DNA of 64,000 nt. Origin: Balanoglossus misakiensis (Eukaryota > Animalia > Hemichordata). Where the stretch lies: assembly GCA_040954595.2 (NCBI GenBank), contig CM082593.2, positions 10,553,477 through 10,617,476 on the forward strand, given 5' to 3'. Every line of letters begins with the position of its first letter. Position 1 is the first letter of the stretch. Under the pieces are notes generated by a model. The model was not told where the DNA came from. It worked only from the letters and a program-made list of their open reading frames with translations, and did not search any database. The position numbers and the translations under genes are program-made. Positions 43,086 through 55,447 of this stretch are shown in pieces.

Positions 43086-43520
43086 CGTGCCGTTACGGGC
43101 GACCTGATAACCCACACGGCCACCTGCGGGCCGACCCCCATACTGAACGTCCAGTTGCAACATCACGACTGAAGTAGGAACTTTTGAACGGCAACGAAGC
43201 CTGATCTCTGATTATTGCTGGTACCATACTCCCTTCGTGCAAGAAAATCACTGGTCTGCTGACGTATTTCAGGCAATTTCCCAAACTACTATCCACTACA
43301 TGTGACTACAATGCTAATGAAACCTCCCACAACATTAGCGACTTAGAGTCAAAGCCCACTGCCAGTGTAGCCGGGTTTGCGTAGACACATTTGAATGGCA
43401 ACAGCTAACAAATAATAATAATTCTTTATTTCAGACTTTAAAAAAAGTCCATATACCCAAAAGAGAGAAGAAAAAAAAACAATAATAATAATCTGACACT
43501 GAGACACACACAAAAAAAAC

Positions 43521-46500
43521 TTACATGATATACAATTGCTTTCGCCAATGTTTGAAAAATATGCTGTCAGTCGCTCTATCTGATGAACAGATCGCATCAA
43601 GTAAAACATTAGAAGAATTTTCGAGTCTACGCTTAAGATGGGTCCCTGGGATCTTTTTGCTCGTTGCTATGGGCCTTTATAGGACATTACACCCCGATTT
43701 GGACTAAGCCGTTTTCAGAGTCTAACAAGGGGCTGGTAACTAGTTGAAAATCTGCACGATTGTGAGCGCGCGCCCCCTGACGCCATTGATATGAAAATTA
43801 GCTAGGTCAAATTTCAAAAGCCTAAGGCTTTTTATTCCGTGACCTCAAAAACGAACTTGATACGTATTCATTAGTTGCTTGAACCAGGGAAGATCGTGAC
43901 GGATTTTGTTTTCGAATATTATCGTTGTATCCTAAGATTTCAGCATACCCGTACCACACCTGAAAAAGTCATCGATTTTGGGTGTTTTTGGACGCACTCT
44001 TCCAGCGGTATCGCTTCTTAGCACGACGAAAACCGAAAAAACGATCCGTCACACTGTGCGGAAGTGCGTTCTCAACAAGCAGGTCAAATTTGACTGGCGT
44101 ACGTGGCCTATGAAAAAAGCCTTAGGGATTTTCGTGAACGGTACAAAATCTCTGTGTACAAAACATTGGATTTTTAGCGTTCGATCCAGTTACTGTGGTT
44201 ACAGGACGCGCACGCTATCGCTGACCGCTGCTTTGCCGTATTAGCGTGGCGGCCTATGGCCGGGTGGTAGCTGCCGTCAACATACTCGGACAGGGGGTGT
44301 GCACACAATCGTGCAGATTTTCAACTAGTTACCAGCCCCTTGTTAGACTCTGAAAACGGCTTAGTCCAAATCGGGGTGTAATGTCCTATAAAGGCCCATA
44401 GCAACGAGCAAAAAGATCCCAGGGACCCATCTTAAAACTGTACATATTGCGTCTAAAAACTTCACCAAGTGACAATACATGTACATGGTTTGTAGCAAAC
44501 ATACCCGATGCACAGCAAAATGGCGGAAGACCGAGAAATCTTCTCCAAACATTATTGTACATAGTTTTAAATTTTTTCATCGGTTTAACTTTAAAGGATG
44601 CCCACAAACTGCAACAGTAAATATTACTACAATATGCCAAAAATAAAACTTTCTTCACATCTTGACTACAATGTTGAAAATGTCTCAATAGCATGTTTGC
44701 TCTTACACAAAATGCTCTTCTCTGTCGTTCAATATCTTCATTATCACAACCATCACAAGATATAACATGGCCCAGATAGGTGTGTACAGGTACAAACTTT
44801 AAAGTGATGTCATTAAGTTTAACCGAAGGAATTCATTGAACGCTCATATTCTTCCCATTAAAAAGCATGCACACAGTTTTACTAGAATTATAAATGATAT
44901 CATAATCCTTGCCATAAATTTCACAAATTCTAAGAAGACGGCGTAGACCCTTAATACTTGGACTGAGTAGAGTCATGTCGTCAGCGTAACCTAAAGTGTT
45001 AGCGCTGACACCAGACATGGTACAGCCAACTTTGGCTTTACAGAGTGCATTGATAATATCATCAATGTAGACATTAAAAAGATAGGGAGAGAGTACCCCC
45101 CCTTGTCTTACACCGTTAGAAACAGAAAACAACTCTGAGGGTTCATTACCCCACAACACAGTAAACAATTGATTTCTGTACCATTAATATAAAATTCGTA
45201 CAGCATACAAGGGAACATTCCTGTCGATGTGCTTGTTAATTATAACCAGTTTAAAGTGATTAACTCTGTCAAAAGCTTTTGAAGCATCCAGAAAACAAGT
45301 AAACACTGGTCTTCCATTGCTGGTGTAGTAGCTAATGATTTCTTTAAATGCAAATAAACACAGGTCAGTTGAATGTTCTCGCTTGAAACCAAATTGTAAA
45401 TAATGAGAGGTAAGAAACTCCTCACAACGAAAAAGTAAAATATGCTCAAAAACTTTAGAGAAAACAGTTGCTAGTGCTATCGGCCGGTAGTTACTGGCAT
45501 CACTACAAAGCTTAGTTTTATCCTTAATAATTGGAACTAAATTAACATTGATAGCCTCAGTTGGCAGGTAACCATGAACAATCATTGCATTAATACAACA
45601 AGTCAGAAAGGGTAAAATAGAGGAGTCTGAGAATTTGAGGTGCTCAGCTAAAATATTGTCAATGCCAGCTGTCTTACCGTCAGGTAACTTATGTATAGCA
45701 GAAATTACTTCGTCTTCAGAAACATACATATCAGAAGAAAATTTAACATACTTCATTTTCTCCTCGATGTCATTTTTACCAGTCTGAGCCTGGACAGAAT
45801 TCAAAATATCACTGAAATGCTTGTGCCACATAATTGCAATTTCACTCTCACCAGTCGCTCCACCTACAGTGTCAGAAAGCGGCGTTTTTCTGCTAGTTTG
45901 CTTTCTGACTTCCTCCCAGAAGTCGTTCTGTTTGTGGCAGCGTAAATTATCAGCCATCTTGTCAGCCCTATTTTGATTCTCAATCTTTTTACAAGCACGT
46001 AAAGCATACTAAAAACGAGCTCTGGAAGATTTCATGGTTTCAAAAAGCGGGCCTTGTTTAGGTTTACCCACATTAACCCATAATAAAAACATGGAACGGG
46101 CATAGTCGTGACTTTCTTTTACAAAATCGTTCCAGCCAGGCACAACATGAACTTTCTGGTGAAACTTACGTCTAATGGTATCTTTTGCAGCACAATTCAA
46201 TGCGTCCACAATACTACTATAACAAGTATCAATTGCCTGTAAATGCGAAGGGTCTGTACAGTTCACATTAGTGCAGAATAACTCTTCGGATAAATTAATC
46301 TTATCAATCTTGGCTTTGGTACAACCGGTGTAGGCGGATATATTCTGCTGTGACAATTTTTTCCAATCAACTCGAAAATTACATTGCTTGAAGGAACTAC
46401 TGCTGAAGCTTTCATCAGCAGAAGTGTTGAAATGAACCTCTATTGAAACAGGAATATGGTCGGAGTCAACAACATTGCAAAGACTCGAAATTGAAAGAAC

Positions 46501-46542
46501 ATTGCTATGAGAAATTTCAGTGGTAACACAGTAGTCAATCCA
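43521..46542 (-). pseudogene. Disrupted endonuclease/reverse transcriptase ORF
   Basis: ORF-track pieces 46009-46356, 45184-45957, 44833-45168 and 44386-44694 share one frame. In-frame stops lie at 46009-46011, 45184-45186 and 44833-44835. Excising the MITE restores ...RRNMYSFKRRLENSSNVLLDAICSSDRATDSIFFKHWRKQLYIM*. Confidence 0.93.
43637..44431. mobile_element. 795-bp non-autonomous DNA transposon (MITE) with 128-bp perfect TIRs and TTAA target duplication (Kolobok-like; a TA duplication reading is also possible)
   Basis: 43637-43764 is the exact reverse complement of 44304-44431 (GATGGGTCCCTGGGATC...). TTAA lies at 43633-43636 and 44432-44435. Removing the element and one TTAA restores the LINE reading frame. 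Confidence 0.95.
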
Positions 46543-46543
46543 A

Positions 46544-47146
46544 ACTCAGCGTAATTCAATAAAACGCCCTAACACAGCCTGAACTCCGATAATGTGTTGT
46601 CCCAAAATTCATTCCGTGGAAAATAATCACTGGTCTGTTTACGTATTTCAGCCGATTTTCCAAGGACTACTGCAACCCGCCAGAAGTGAGTAGCCTGCTA
46701 ATGAGATCTCCACAACATAACGTAATGACGGTCAAAGTCCGATGCCCCAGTGTCCGTCCTCAGCCCACCAAAAAAAGCGAAAAAATATTACAAAAATCTT
46801 CTTCTCAAAATCGACGTGGCCTAGGACTTTGAAATTTGGCACAGGGGATTTTGGCCACATGGTCTACAAAAATCGCGAAAAGAATTTACATGCCCCCATT
46901 AACGTGCAAATTAGGTCAATTTGAAAATTTCGCTCGATTATAGCAACAAAGTCACGTGACTAATTACAAATTCAAAGGGCTGGTGCACCAGTACTATGGG
47001 CCCCAACCACCGTGCCAAATTTGGAAGGCGCACCTGCCGGAATTTCAGAGAAAAACGGGCGCAAAAAAACGACTCAAGATGAAAGAAGACAAACTCCAGC
47101 AATAACAGAAGGGGACCAAGCGCCTGAGGGCTCTTGGTCCCCTAAA
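46544..47146 (-). mobile_element. 5' part of a Helentron-associated non-autonomous element (HINE/DINE-1-like)
   Basis: The minus strand starts TTTAGGGGACCAAG-12 nt-CTTGGTCCCCT (11-bp stem, 47110-47120/47133-47143), then TTCTGTTATTG and a CT-rich stretch. Core motifs CTTCTC...GAAATTTGGCA...TGCAAATTAG (46798-46915) resemble the core of the element at 61167-61915. Confidence 0.6.
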
Positions 47147-47880
47147 TATGGGACTAAACTTGACAGATACCCGGAATATTTTCCTATTCAGGATACCTGG
47201 TTGCATTTCCACCTAAAGGCGTCCTATTGGCGTGGAAATTGTATAACTTGAAATCGTTTGACTGGGTGATAGGTATTAATATCTTATGATGTTATAAAAC
47301 ACTTGGCTCGCCGAAGGTATGGACCGATTATAGCGTCAGTCGTGTCATACAATCTATATGAACGTCATGGGTCAATAAACTTGATGGTCCAATAAAATTC
47401 AATGGTTAGTAAAACTATTGTGTCCAATGTCTGCAGAGTATACTGGCTGCAACATGTGTATGAGTCAGGATTAATGTCTGTAGCCATCAACCCAAAAGGT
47501 GAACGTCCTATTCTCACTAACTTAAATAGGTTTTGCGACCTAGTCTAGTTATAAAAACCTTATGATAAAGTCGACACAATTTCAAGATGACGATGTGCAA
47601 ATGAGAGTTCATAAGCTAAAGTAAAGTTCAATGAATTCTATACAAAGTTCAAAAAAGATTGTTTACTAAAGGAAGACATGAAAAAACTGATATCGTCTCT
47701 TCATATTCGTACATGTCCAACTGTTGTGATTTGACCCCTCCCCCCCCCCCCAGGACATGGTACATGAAGCTATTACTTAGTACACACTTAAACAATTGGC
47801 ATTTGAAGTGCCTTGCTTGACAGTGTTTAATGCGGTGGTCAGTCGCGTTTATCTCTCGCCACTTCATGCATCATGTCGCC

Positions 47881-48185
47881 TTAAAGGGGCAAACTCTCTC
47901 TCCCGTCGCCCTTTTCTAATAATAATGTTTGATACAAGACACCGTTTATATTAATGGGCATGTGTATATGTAGTGAATGAACGTTCAACCACACACAACT
48001 TCCATCCTGCTTGTATGATATGAGAGTAAAAACTCGCCCAAAATGAATAAATGGTAGAGACCGATTTTTCAGTTTGGCGAGTTTTCGCTCTCGTGTCTAC
48101 ATGCGGGATGGAAGGTGTGTGCGGTTGAACGTTGCATCACTATATATCCACATTTACATTAACATAAACGGTGTTTTGTATTGTC
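47881..48185. mobile_element. Palindromic TTAA MITE (Kolobok-like), copy 1, right end degraded
   Basis: Starts TTAA|AGGGGCAAACTCTCTCTC. Long internal inverted repeat (ATACAAGACACCGTTTAT...ATAAACGGTGTTTTGTAT). Same family as 48970-49268, with the centre inverted. Confidence 0.8.
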
Positions 48186-48575
48186 ATTTCTTTTAATCGT
48201 GGATTTTCGTTTCTGATTTGTATGTATAATGAAAATCCATTTTGGGTCACTGCACTTGTTTTCGACTTTAAACAAGGCCGTGAATTTAGTCGATAATTGA
48301 AGAAAACTGCCGACGGTCAGCATTTTCTACCAATGGTTTGCCTATGGATACAATATTGAACAAAGTTTATCTCAAAATAGACCGTGGTGAATTTATTTTG
48401 ATTTGTCGGAGCTATGTGTAAAATTTCCTGAAAATGACAATAATAGAAGGGAGTTTTCTAACTATTATCCATGTACTCCTATGGGAAGAGACACAGGCGC
48501 ACAGTTTACCAGTTGACGTTCTGCGCGTACATCATTGAGTGTACTGGCAGCTAACTTATTGTTTATTTGTAACAG

Positions 48576-48633
48576 CAATTGGATCTTGGAGCACTGTTTG
48601 GAACACCCTTTGTGAAATATGAATGTCCAGAAG
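48576..48633 (+). CDS. Exon: pre-lectin linker and CTLD start (QLDLGALFGTPFVKYECPE-G)
   Basis: TTTGTAACAG acceptor and AG|GTAAGT donor. Phase 1 joins the next exon to give CPEGYQLRGASCY. Confidence 0.75.
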
Positions 48634-48969
48634 GTAAGTTGAATTGACCCTAGCCCTTTCACCAACATGGTTCAGTCAAAACCAATTGTTTTCTATGGTA
48701 ATGTTGGACCTCTAAAGAGGAAACGGGGGGGGGGGGTGATGAAAGGTTTAAGACTTACAGATCACAACTTAAATAGCCATTCAGAAAGAGGCTTAGAGTG
48801 GAGTATCAAATCGGACGATACCACTGACTGGTGGAGGAAGACAAAATAAGCAAACTGAGTAGATGAGTGCTCAGATTTCTTCAGAGGACCAAACGTTTCA
48901 AAGAATTATACGTAACAATCCATGCCTGGTCCGTCAGTAGATATAAACAGAACATTGTGGCTGTATTCA

Positions 48970-49268
48970 TTAAAGGGACAAAGTCTCTCTCTCGCTGCCC
49001 TTTTTCCATTAATTATGTTTGATACAAGACTGCGTTTATATTATTCTACATGTGGATATAGTGAATCAACGTTCAACCATACACACCTTCCACTCCGCTT
49101 GTATAGACACGAGAGTTTTAAAAAGTCGCCAAAATGAATAAACGGTCTCTACCATTTATTCATTTCGGGCGGGTTTTTACTCTCGTATCATACAAGCGGG
49201 ATGGAAGTTGTGTGTGGTTGAACGTTCATTCACTAACATAAACGGTGTCTTGTATCATGTCCCTTTAA
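48970..49268. mobile_element. Palindromic TTAA MITE (Kolobok-like), copy 2
   Basis: TTAA|AGGGACA...TGTCCCT|TTAA termini. Internal inverted arms GATACAAGAC...GTCTTGTATC and AACGTTCAACCA...TGGTTGAACGTT. Confidence 0.85.
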
Positions 49269-49331
49269 CACTTTTGAAGCATTTTACTAATGCTAACATG
49301 ACTAGACCAATTGAATGATGTTACATTGCAG

Positions 49332-49413
49332 GTTATCAACTCAGAGGGGCGTCTTGTTATAAAGCGGTACCTGACAAACAATCAGCTGGCAACGCTGAAA
49401 ATACCTGTCAGTC
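49332..49413 (+). CDS. Exon: C-type lectin N-terminal part (GYQLRGASCYKAVPDKQSAGNAENTCQS)
   Basis: TTGCAG acceptor and GTAAGT donor. CTLD pattern CY...A...C. Phase 2 end matches the next exon. Confidence 0.88.
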
Positions 49414-50045
49414 GTAAGTATGAAAGTATACATCATTTGAGTAGAATTTTATGGGAGATCCTAACAAGGCTTGGACATGTCACGCACAAATACAAAGGGC
49501 GCGTATAAAGACAGACAAAACCTCGCTTAGTGTGAGGTGTTCAGCGATTGCATCTGATAAGTCGAAAATGCTTGATCACATGTCATGTTCAGTTGGGAAA
49601 TTGGATATGTCTCAGGCCAAAAAAACTAATATGTGCTATTCCGATTACATGGTTTTCAAAAATAGGGTAGGTAGAAAGGGACATTTTTTTATGTTTCAAT
49701 TTTTTTATATCTTTGGCCGTCGTAGTGTAGAAGAATGACATCATAGTTCTTGCGTGATTCTCGCAATTTTCATGAATTGTTGTATATTTGACATCGTTAT
49801 TTTTACTTCCGGTTTACGAAGATCTAAACTGTTTTGGGTCGGCGGGCTAAAATTAGGGTAGTTCGGGTAATCGTTATGACATTGGGAGCTACGGCTGCAA
49901 AGCCATGTGTCTCGTGCGAAAAGGGCCCTTAACCTTTTGCAATATTTAACAGCAAACAACAGACAGTTTTGAGAATAAAAGGTTTCCGTCGTGTCTGACT
50001 TTCATATCGCATTAATAGCATATCCCTAAATTTAAAGAAATTAGG

Positions 50046-50285
50046 AGAGACAGAGTGAAACAGGCAGAGTGGCAGACAGACACAAGCAGACAGACAGAGC
50101 AACATTCATCAGTAGAGACACTCATCGGTCGCTCGCTCGCTCGCTCGCTCACTCTCTCTCTCAGAGAGACGGGGCAGACAGTCAGACAGACCGACGTTGA
50201 CAGACAGTCAGTAAGTCAGTCAGCCAGTTAATCAGTCAGTCAGACGTCAAAGACACAGTGACACAAACACAGCGAGGGAGACAAA
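50046..50285. repeat. Compound microsatellite / low complexity: (GACA)n, (CGCT)n, (CT)n, (CAGT)n
   Basis: Directly visible short tandem motifs. Confidence 0.8.
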
Positions 50286-53200
50286 AGGACCTTTCATGCT
50301 TAAACCCCTGTTCTTCTGTTATAAACTTTGAAAACCGTTCGTTTTCAGACTGCAGATTGCTCGAATAACGCGACACACTGCCGAAACAATAAAACAAATA
50401 CTAGTGGGAGCTCATAAAATAAAATCGCTCAACCATTCCGTCGTCCTGAGTGACCTCAGCCACATTAATTCCGACGTCTTTTTAGGGTCATGAAAAAAGT
50501 CACAAATAAGGTATTTCCCCTAGGTCCACCTGAAGCAAAAAGTTTTCGTTTCGACTCCATCATTCCGAATAGTAAGAAAGCAACAAAATTGAAAAGACAG
50601 ATGTAAAATGCACTCTCTCTCACGTGGTAACGTTTGTAACTATGGCAATCACGGTACGTGTTCAGTACACAGACAGGGAGAAAAGTTTCTCCATGCAATA
50701 CATGTGTTCAGTAAGGTTTGACCTTGGTTTTACTTTGTACCATGATCGCCGCTTTCTAAGCATGGATGAACGACGGCGGTCAGACCCAATCGAACCCTTT
50801 CATGTCAGATGACCACGGTATCTCCACTGTGAGATGACATTTGACAAACCATTTGATTTCAACAAAATCTTCGCGTCGTCAACGCGTCGCATACCAGTCG
50901 CATATCGGTATTTACCCAATCATAAAAGTTGGAAATTCGGGAGACTCGATCTGCAACCAAGTTGAGAGTAAATTTTGACGTTTGACTATTGGCAAGTAAA
51001 CAGGTTACACAATGACTTGTCGGTTTTTCCTCCGTCATGGTCGTTCTCGACCCAAGTCCCCACGCACGACTTGTGCGTGGATCATCAACATTTCAGTGAT
51101 ATTTCAACGCAAAGTTTTAGCAATATTAAGAAAACAGGTAGTGAAGTGTCAAATGCATATCAATGTACGAAAATTAGGTCAAGCCACCCGACAGCAACCG
51201 CTTTCACACAGTGTCGGACGTTGCACGGAATGTGAAACGTTACACTGCTTCGGCCGTTCACATGCACCTGGGCGTGGGTTTGATTGATGGTCAAACGCCC
51301 CCACTTACTTTGGGCGTTTTCAATGGTAAATGTGTCGTATTGATCGAAACCTTGCCGTAAACACATTTTTTTTGCTGAATCAACATTCAGAGTTCAGCCG
51401 TCTAGTTAACGAAGTATTGAAGTAAGCCACTTGTTCATCATTTTTTGTCTGTCAAACGTATTTATTCGGAAAGGGACCGGCCGCCAATGAGGGGTTTAGG
51501 GAGCCCACACGTACACTCTGGTACCTGGACAATTAACATAGACATGTCGTGTGTACCGTCCGGTTCGAAAAGATTGGTTTAAGGTAGTCCTGGTAACAGT
51601 CATCCTAACGAGGCCAGGGGAGGTCTCCAAGGGCGAAATAAACATAGCTACCGATGACGAGTCGAATTCGAATCGGACGATGCTTGTTCATAAAAGGCAC
51701 AGACATAAAGCTTCGAAGTTTTTTGTCTGTGTAGTAAAGATACGACTAATCAGCCTATAGTGTAACCGTAGACCCTGGAGAAATACCAGAGCACAGCACA
51801 ATGCAGCAAATGGAGTGAAACAAGAACAAAGCTTAGTCTCTGCCGCAAACAAAGCTAAATCACATATTGACACTCCAAATAGAAGCAAGACAGCCGGGGG
51901 GGGGGGGAGGCACAGTTGTAGATCGCGGTGTTGACCCGCCCCTTCCACATCCTGTAGATGTTTGTGCGTCCAAGGCATTTTTGATAAAATATAGACTTTT
52001 GTTTTTAGCTCGAGTGTGGCCTAAGTATATCACCGTTCACACGAAAAATGTCTGTCTTTTTCAAAACGTTGTATTATACTTCTGTGTAATTTGAACTCTA
52101 ATACAAGTGACAGTATTAGAGGACAGATTTGGCACAGACAAAATTCGTATTAACAAACCACAGAGAAAACGTCAAAATTGAGCGATTTATAAAATGATCA
52201 ATTCCACGAGTTTGCAAATTAAAGTTAAAGAGATACAGTTTCATTGGGTGGATCACTATCCTAGAGCGGTCTGGAAGCATGGGTGGATTTTTACCTGGTG
52301 TTTGTTTACCTGGTAAAAATAGGCTATTGTTCTCCCCTGCTTTTCATAGCGGATTTTTTAACACGTCTCCTCGAGATCAAACATTAATGAGCGATTAAAA
52401 GCGCTTCGTATACTTTTTGTGGGTCGAGTTGTGTTTTTCGTTTTATTTGGTCATTAATTCGATCAGAATGGATTGTTTATTGTTGTATTGTTAAAAGCTT
52501 GGATGTTATGTTTCAGTTGTGCAGAGTGCTTAAGTATGCTCGACTTGCGTGGCAATTCTGCATATTTGGAGCATTCTTTGGAATTTAATTGATTTGGACA
52601 TGAGTTTGTTGTTTGGTTGGTCATGGAACAACACGTGACATTGTCTGCATGACATTCTTTAGGGTGTTCCAATTCTGTAAATGACATGAGGTGGTTACAT
52701 CGGACCATATATGGCTGAGATGAGAACATATGGCGGCGCTCTTTTTTCGCGTGTGCCACCCACTAAAAATCTGTGATTGGCTACATCTCAATTTGCCATG
52801 GTAACTATAGCTAATTTTCCATAGGTGACCGTATACCTTTAATTGCCTGTTGGTACTAAACAGCACTCTCCCCGAGTCTAGTGAAACATCATTTTGGGGG
52901 ATCTGGATTTCGTGTTCATTATTGCGTGACTGATACGGCGGGTATCGATTGGAATAGGCCCTATCGTTAAAATAGAAGTTCATTCTTGTCGGGCGACCCA
53001 GGAAGGCATAAGCTTGACGTGCCTAAAGTTTGTCGGACATTGTTCGACCATCACGGCTGCAAATTGGTTTAAGTTCGACCCTGGGCCCGGTGTAGCCTGC
53101 TCCAATAGAAATGGAGAAATTAAGTATAAGGCAACAACCCGAATGTGCCACTTTTTCACTCACAGCATCCCTCTAAAACCACAGTAAGTGATAAAACAAA

Positions 53201-53838
53201 AGGTTAGGTCGACTTTTCATGTCCTTATGCGCATGAAAAGAAAAGAATGAGACAGGGTCAATGAAGTCTAGTATCGTGTCTTCGTGCACACGAAGACGCC
53301 CGAGCCGTTCATCATCATGGTATTCCTCGTGGAATCTCTTGGCAAGTGCATGGCGTGTACCGAGTCAGAACATGTAAATACTGACTTCTGCCATAGACGT
53401 ACCAGGTGCTTCGACGAGTTGGCCTTCGGCATTGTGGTTTTTTGGCTTTTCTAGTGAAGCCGAAGGCCAAAACCAAGGACCGTGACTAAACTGAAAAGCC
53501 CCCACCCCCCCCCCCCATCTCCCCCCCCCCGCCCTCACCAGTTTTTGTAGTAGATATGTTCTTCATGCCTACCCCAATTCTACCGCTGGCTGCGCTGTCA
53601 CAGTGACCTCAAGCCAGGTCAAATTTGAGCTAAAAGACAAGTTCCGTCTACATACTCATGAATATTTCTTGGTTTCTTCGCGTATAAACTCAGGAATACT
53701 ATGCCCCTGAAGCCTCGGCTGGCTTTGATGCACGTTATCATGTTTTAATTAGTCAAAGACCCACAGTAGCAAAGTAGGTAATTGTCTTTTTTTCACGCGT
53801 ATCCTTTGGTCATATATTCTGCCTGCAGCCCCCAGCCC

Positions 53839-54154
53839 TTGCTGCAGTTTGAAGCCCCTCCATCTCCCCTGAACGAGTTTTGGTTTTGCCGATTGAAGTT
53901 GAATAACTGGGGAAAACGTAGGCAAAATCGACAAATACCGCGACATCCTTTGCCAGGTAAGCGCTGTATGGGTTCCGGGACCGATTTGGCGAAAAAAGTG
54001 TGGAAAATTGTGGACTGGAGACGTCTGGAGTGTAGAAATTCGCTCCGGGCCCAAATCCCGGTCGCTCGTTGTGCGGTTTAGAATAGCTGGGACCTGCAGC
54101 CCCGCAAAAACAAAAATCGTCCAGGGGAGATGGAGGGGCTGCAAACTGCAGCAA
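53839..54154. mobile_element. MITE-like element with ~51-bp imperfect inverted repeats
   Basis: TTGCTGCAGTTTGAAGCCCCTCCATCTCCCCTGAACGA (53839-53889) is inverted at 54104-54154. No target duplication identified. Confidence 0.6.
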
Positions 54155-54888
54155 CCCCCAGCCCCACATTCGCTGATATAATTGTCACGTTCCTCGATAG
54201 TTATTATAATTTTTAGTTAGAGACGGCCTTGTAGACTCGGAATTGTAGACTAGCGACGGCTCAGCTGGCATATCGTACCACTTTTTCTGTTACATTGCCG
54301 ACCGGCCCGGCGCAACTACCGAGGAAAGATACGGGTGTGCTCGTGGGAATTGTCAACTACCCGTTCATCGTTCGACTGCTCAACACAGATCATTGATAAC
54401 ACAATGTCACATTTCGAACTAATTTTGAAATTCTGGATAAATTCTCCAAATATCCTGTTAATCTGGGATTTTCTTCCATCACCTTGATGCAACTGTATCA
54501 GAATTTGTCTTTTAAGTTTATTCACACCAAAAAAAAACAACAACAGCCATTTCCTGGAAATTGTCATGTTTTCTCTAAAAGAAATAAGCTGAACTTTTTT
54601 ATTCAAAGGAAACGTTCAGCAAATTTTTTTCTCCCCAAAATTCAGGTGAATTTTTCACAGATTCTTTTTTCCCAGAAATTCTGCCGAAATCTACACTAAT
54701 CACACACTTATTGGAAAGGTGTAACACAAAATATAGACTTTACAAACAAAAATCTAATGTTATACATTTATGAACCTCTTATTCACCAATATTAAATGTT
54801 TTCAAAGAGGAAATGTATTATTCACGGACTGGAATTTCGAAATTAGTTTGGAACATGTTTGATGTGTTATAAATTGGTTTATTTTCAG

Positions 54889-55007
54889 ATTTTATGGTGG
54901 GCACTTGACAGTAATTGAGGGTTATTCTGAAAATCGTTATGCTGGAGCAGAGATTGTAAACCAGATTGAAGAGACTTCCAATGAAACAGCGAACCATGGT
55001 TGGATTG
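54889..55007 (+). CDS. Exon: C-type lectin middle (FYGGHLTVIEGYSENRY...HGWIG)
   Basis: TTTTCAG acceptor and G|GTGAGT donor. CTLD motifs GGHL, EN and WIG. Confidence 0.9.
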
Positions 55008-55220
55008 GTGAGTGTGTCTTTTAACAGTGTTTGTCAGTGTTCCCAAATAATTTGTGGGTGTATCAAGTGTAAAAAATAACTGGTTTTGGAATTTGACAGT
55101 TTACAAGTAAGCACTGCATAGTAACACTTGAATGATAATTGTCTCAAGATGGTAATTGAAAAGCCTATTTTTTACATCTCAATAACCTCACAAAATCTTG
55201 CTATTAAGTGACTCTGTATG

Positions 55221-55411
55221 CAGTTTTTCATCCAGATGGAGGGATGAGGGAATTCGCCCACTGTCAGCATGTTGGCACCCCCCTAGAAATTTGTCAAGGG
55301 GGAAATGGTGCCCCTTACAGACTCAGCGATGTCACTCATTCCCCTCCTTGCAAGAGTGCAACTATTCAAGCAAAGGGGGACATATCCCCCCCCATCCTGG
55401 ATGAAACACTG
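55221..55411. mobile_element. 191-bp MITE with CAG-starting TIRs and a 7-bp target duplication
   Basis: CAGTTTTTCATCCAG...CTGGATGAAACACTG, flanked by CTGTATG at 55214-55220 and 55412-55418. Confidence 0.8.
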
Positions 55412-55447
55412 CTGTATGCATCTTCTTTCTTTATTTCCATTTTATAG

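Larger units (their letters stand above)
43411..46543 (-). mobile_element. 5'-truncated non-LTR retrotransposon (APE endonuclease C-terminus + reverse transcriptase; RTE-X-like by recalled motifs)
   Basis: One minus-strand frame from 46542: WIDY...SDHIPV (APE end), VPGWN, NYRPIAL, QFGFK, FLDASKAFDRVNH, GVRQGGVLSPYLFNVY, YADD, YLGHV. Stop at 43521-43523, AATAAA at 43425-43430 and an (ATT)n tail at 43411-43422. Split by a MITE at 43637-44431. Confidence 0.95.
43199..46760. repeat. Pair of degenerate ~180-bp direct repeats (43199-43375 and 46577-46760) separated by the LINE insertion
   Basis: Both read GCCTGA...AATCACTGGTCTG.T.ACGTATTTCAG...ACTACT...TGCTAATGA...CCACAACAT...GTCAAAG. Removing the LINE brings them to about 245-bp tandem spacing. 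Confidence 0.75.

Noticed and set aside
43525-44552. Two opposite-strand ORFs sharing LRWVPGIFLLVAMGLYRTLHPDLD
   Set aside because: Both are translations of the identical TIRs of the MITE.
43409-46544. CAAA as the LINE target-site duplication
   Set aside because: Only 4 bp in AT-rich context and overlapping the tail; not distinguishable from chance.
48344-48420. Possible first exon (MDTILNKVYLKIDRGEFILICRSY)
   Set aside because: No hydrophobic signal peptide and only a weak donor; not supportable.
49613-49880. Possible degraded MITE (AGGCCAAAAAAA...GGGTAGGTAG)
   Set aside because: No matching inverted end or target duplication could be shown.
50465-54699. Assorted 60-130 aa ORFs on both strands
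   Set aside because: No recognisable domains. They lie within an intron and overlap inverted repeats or low-complexity DNA.
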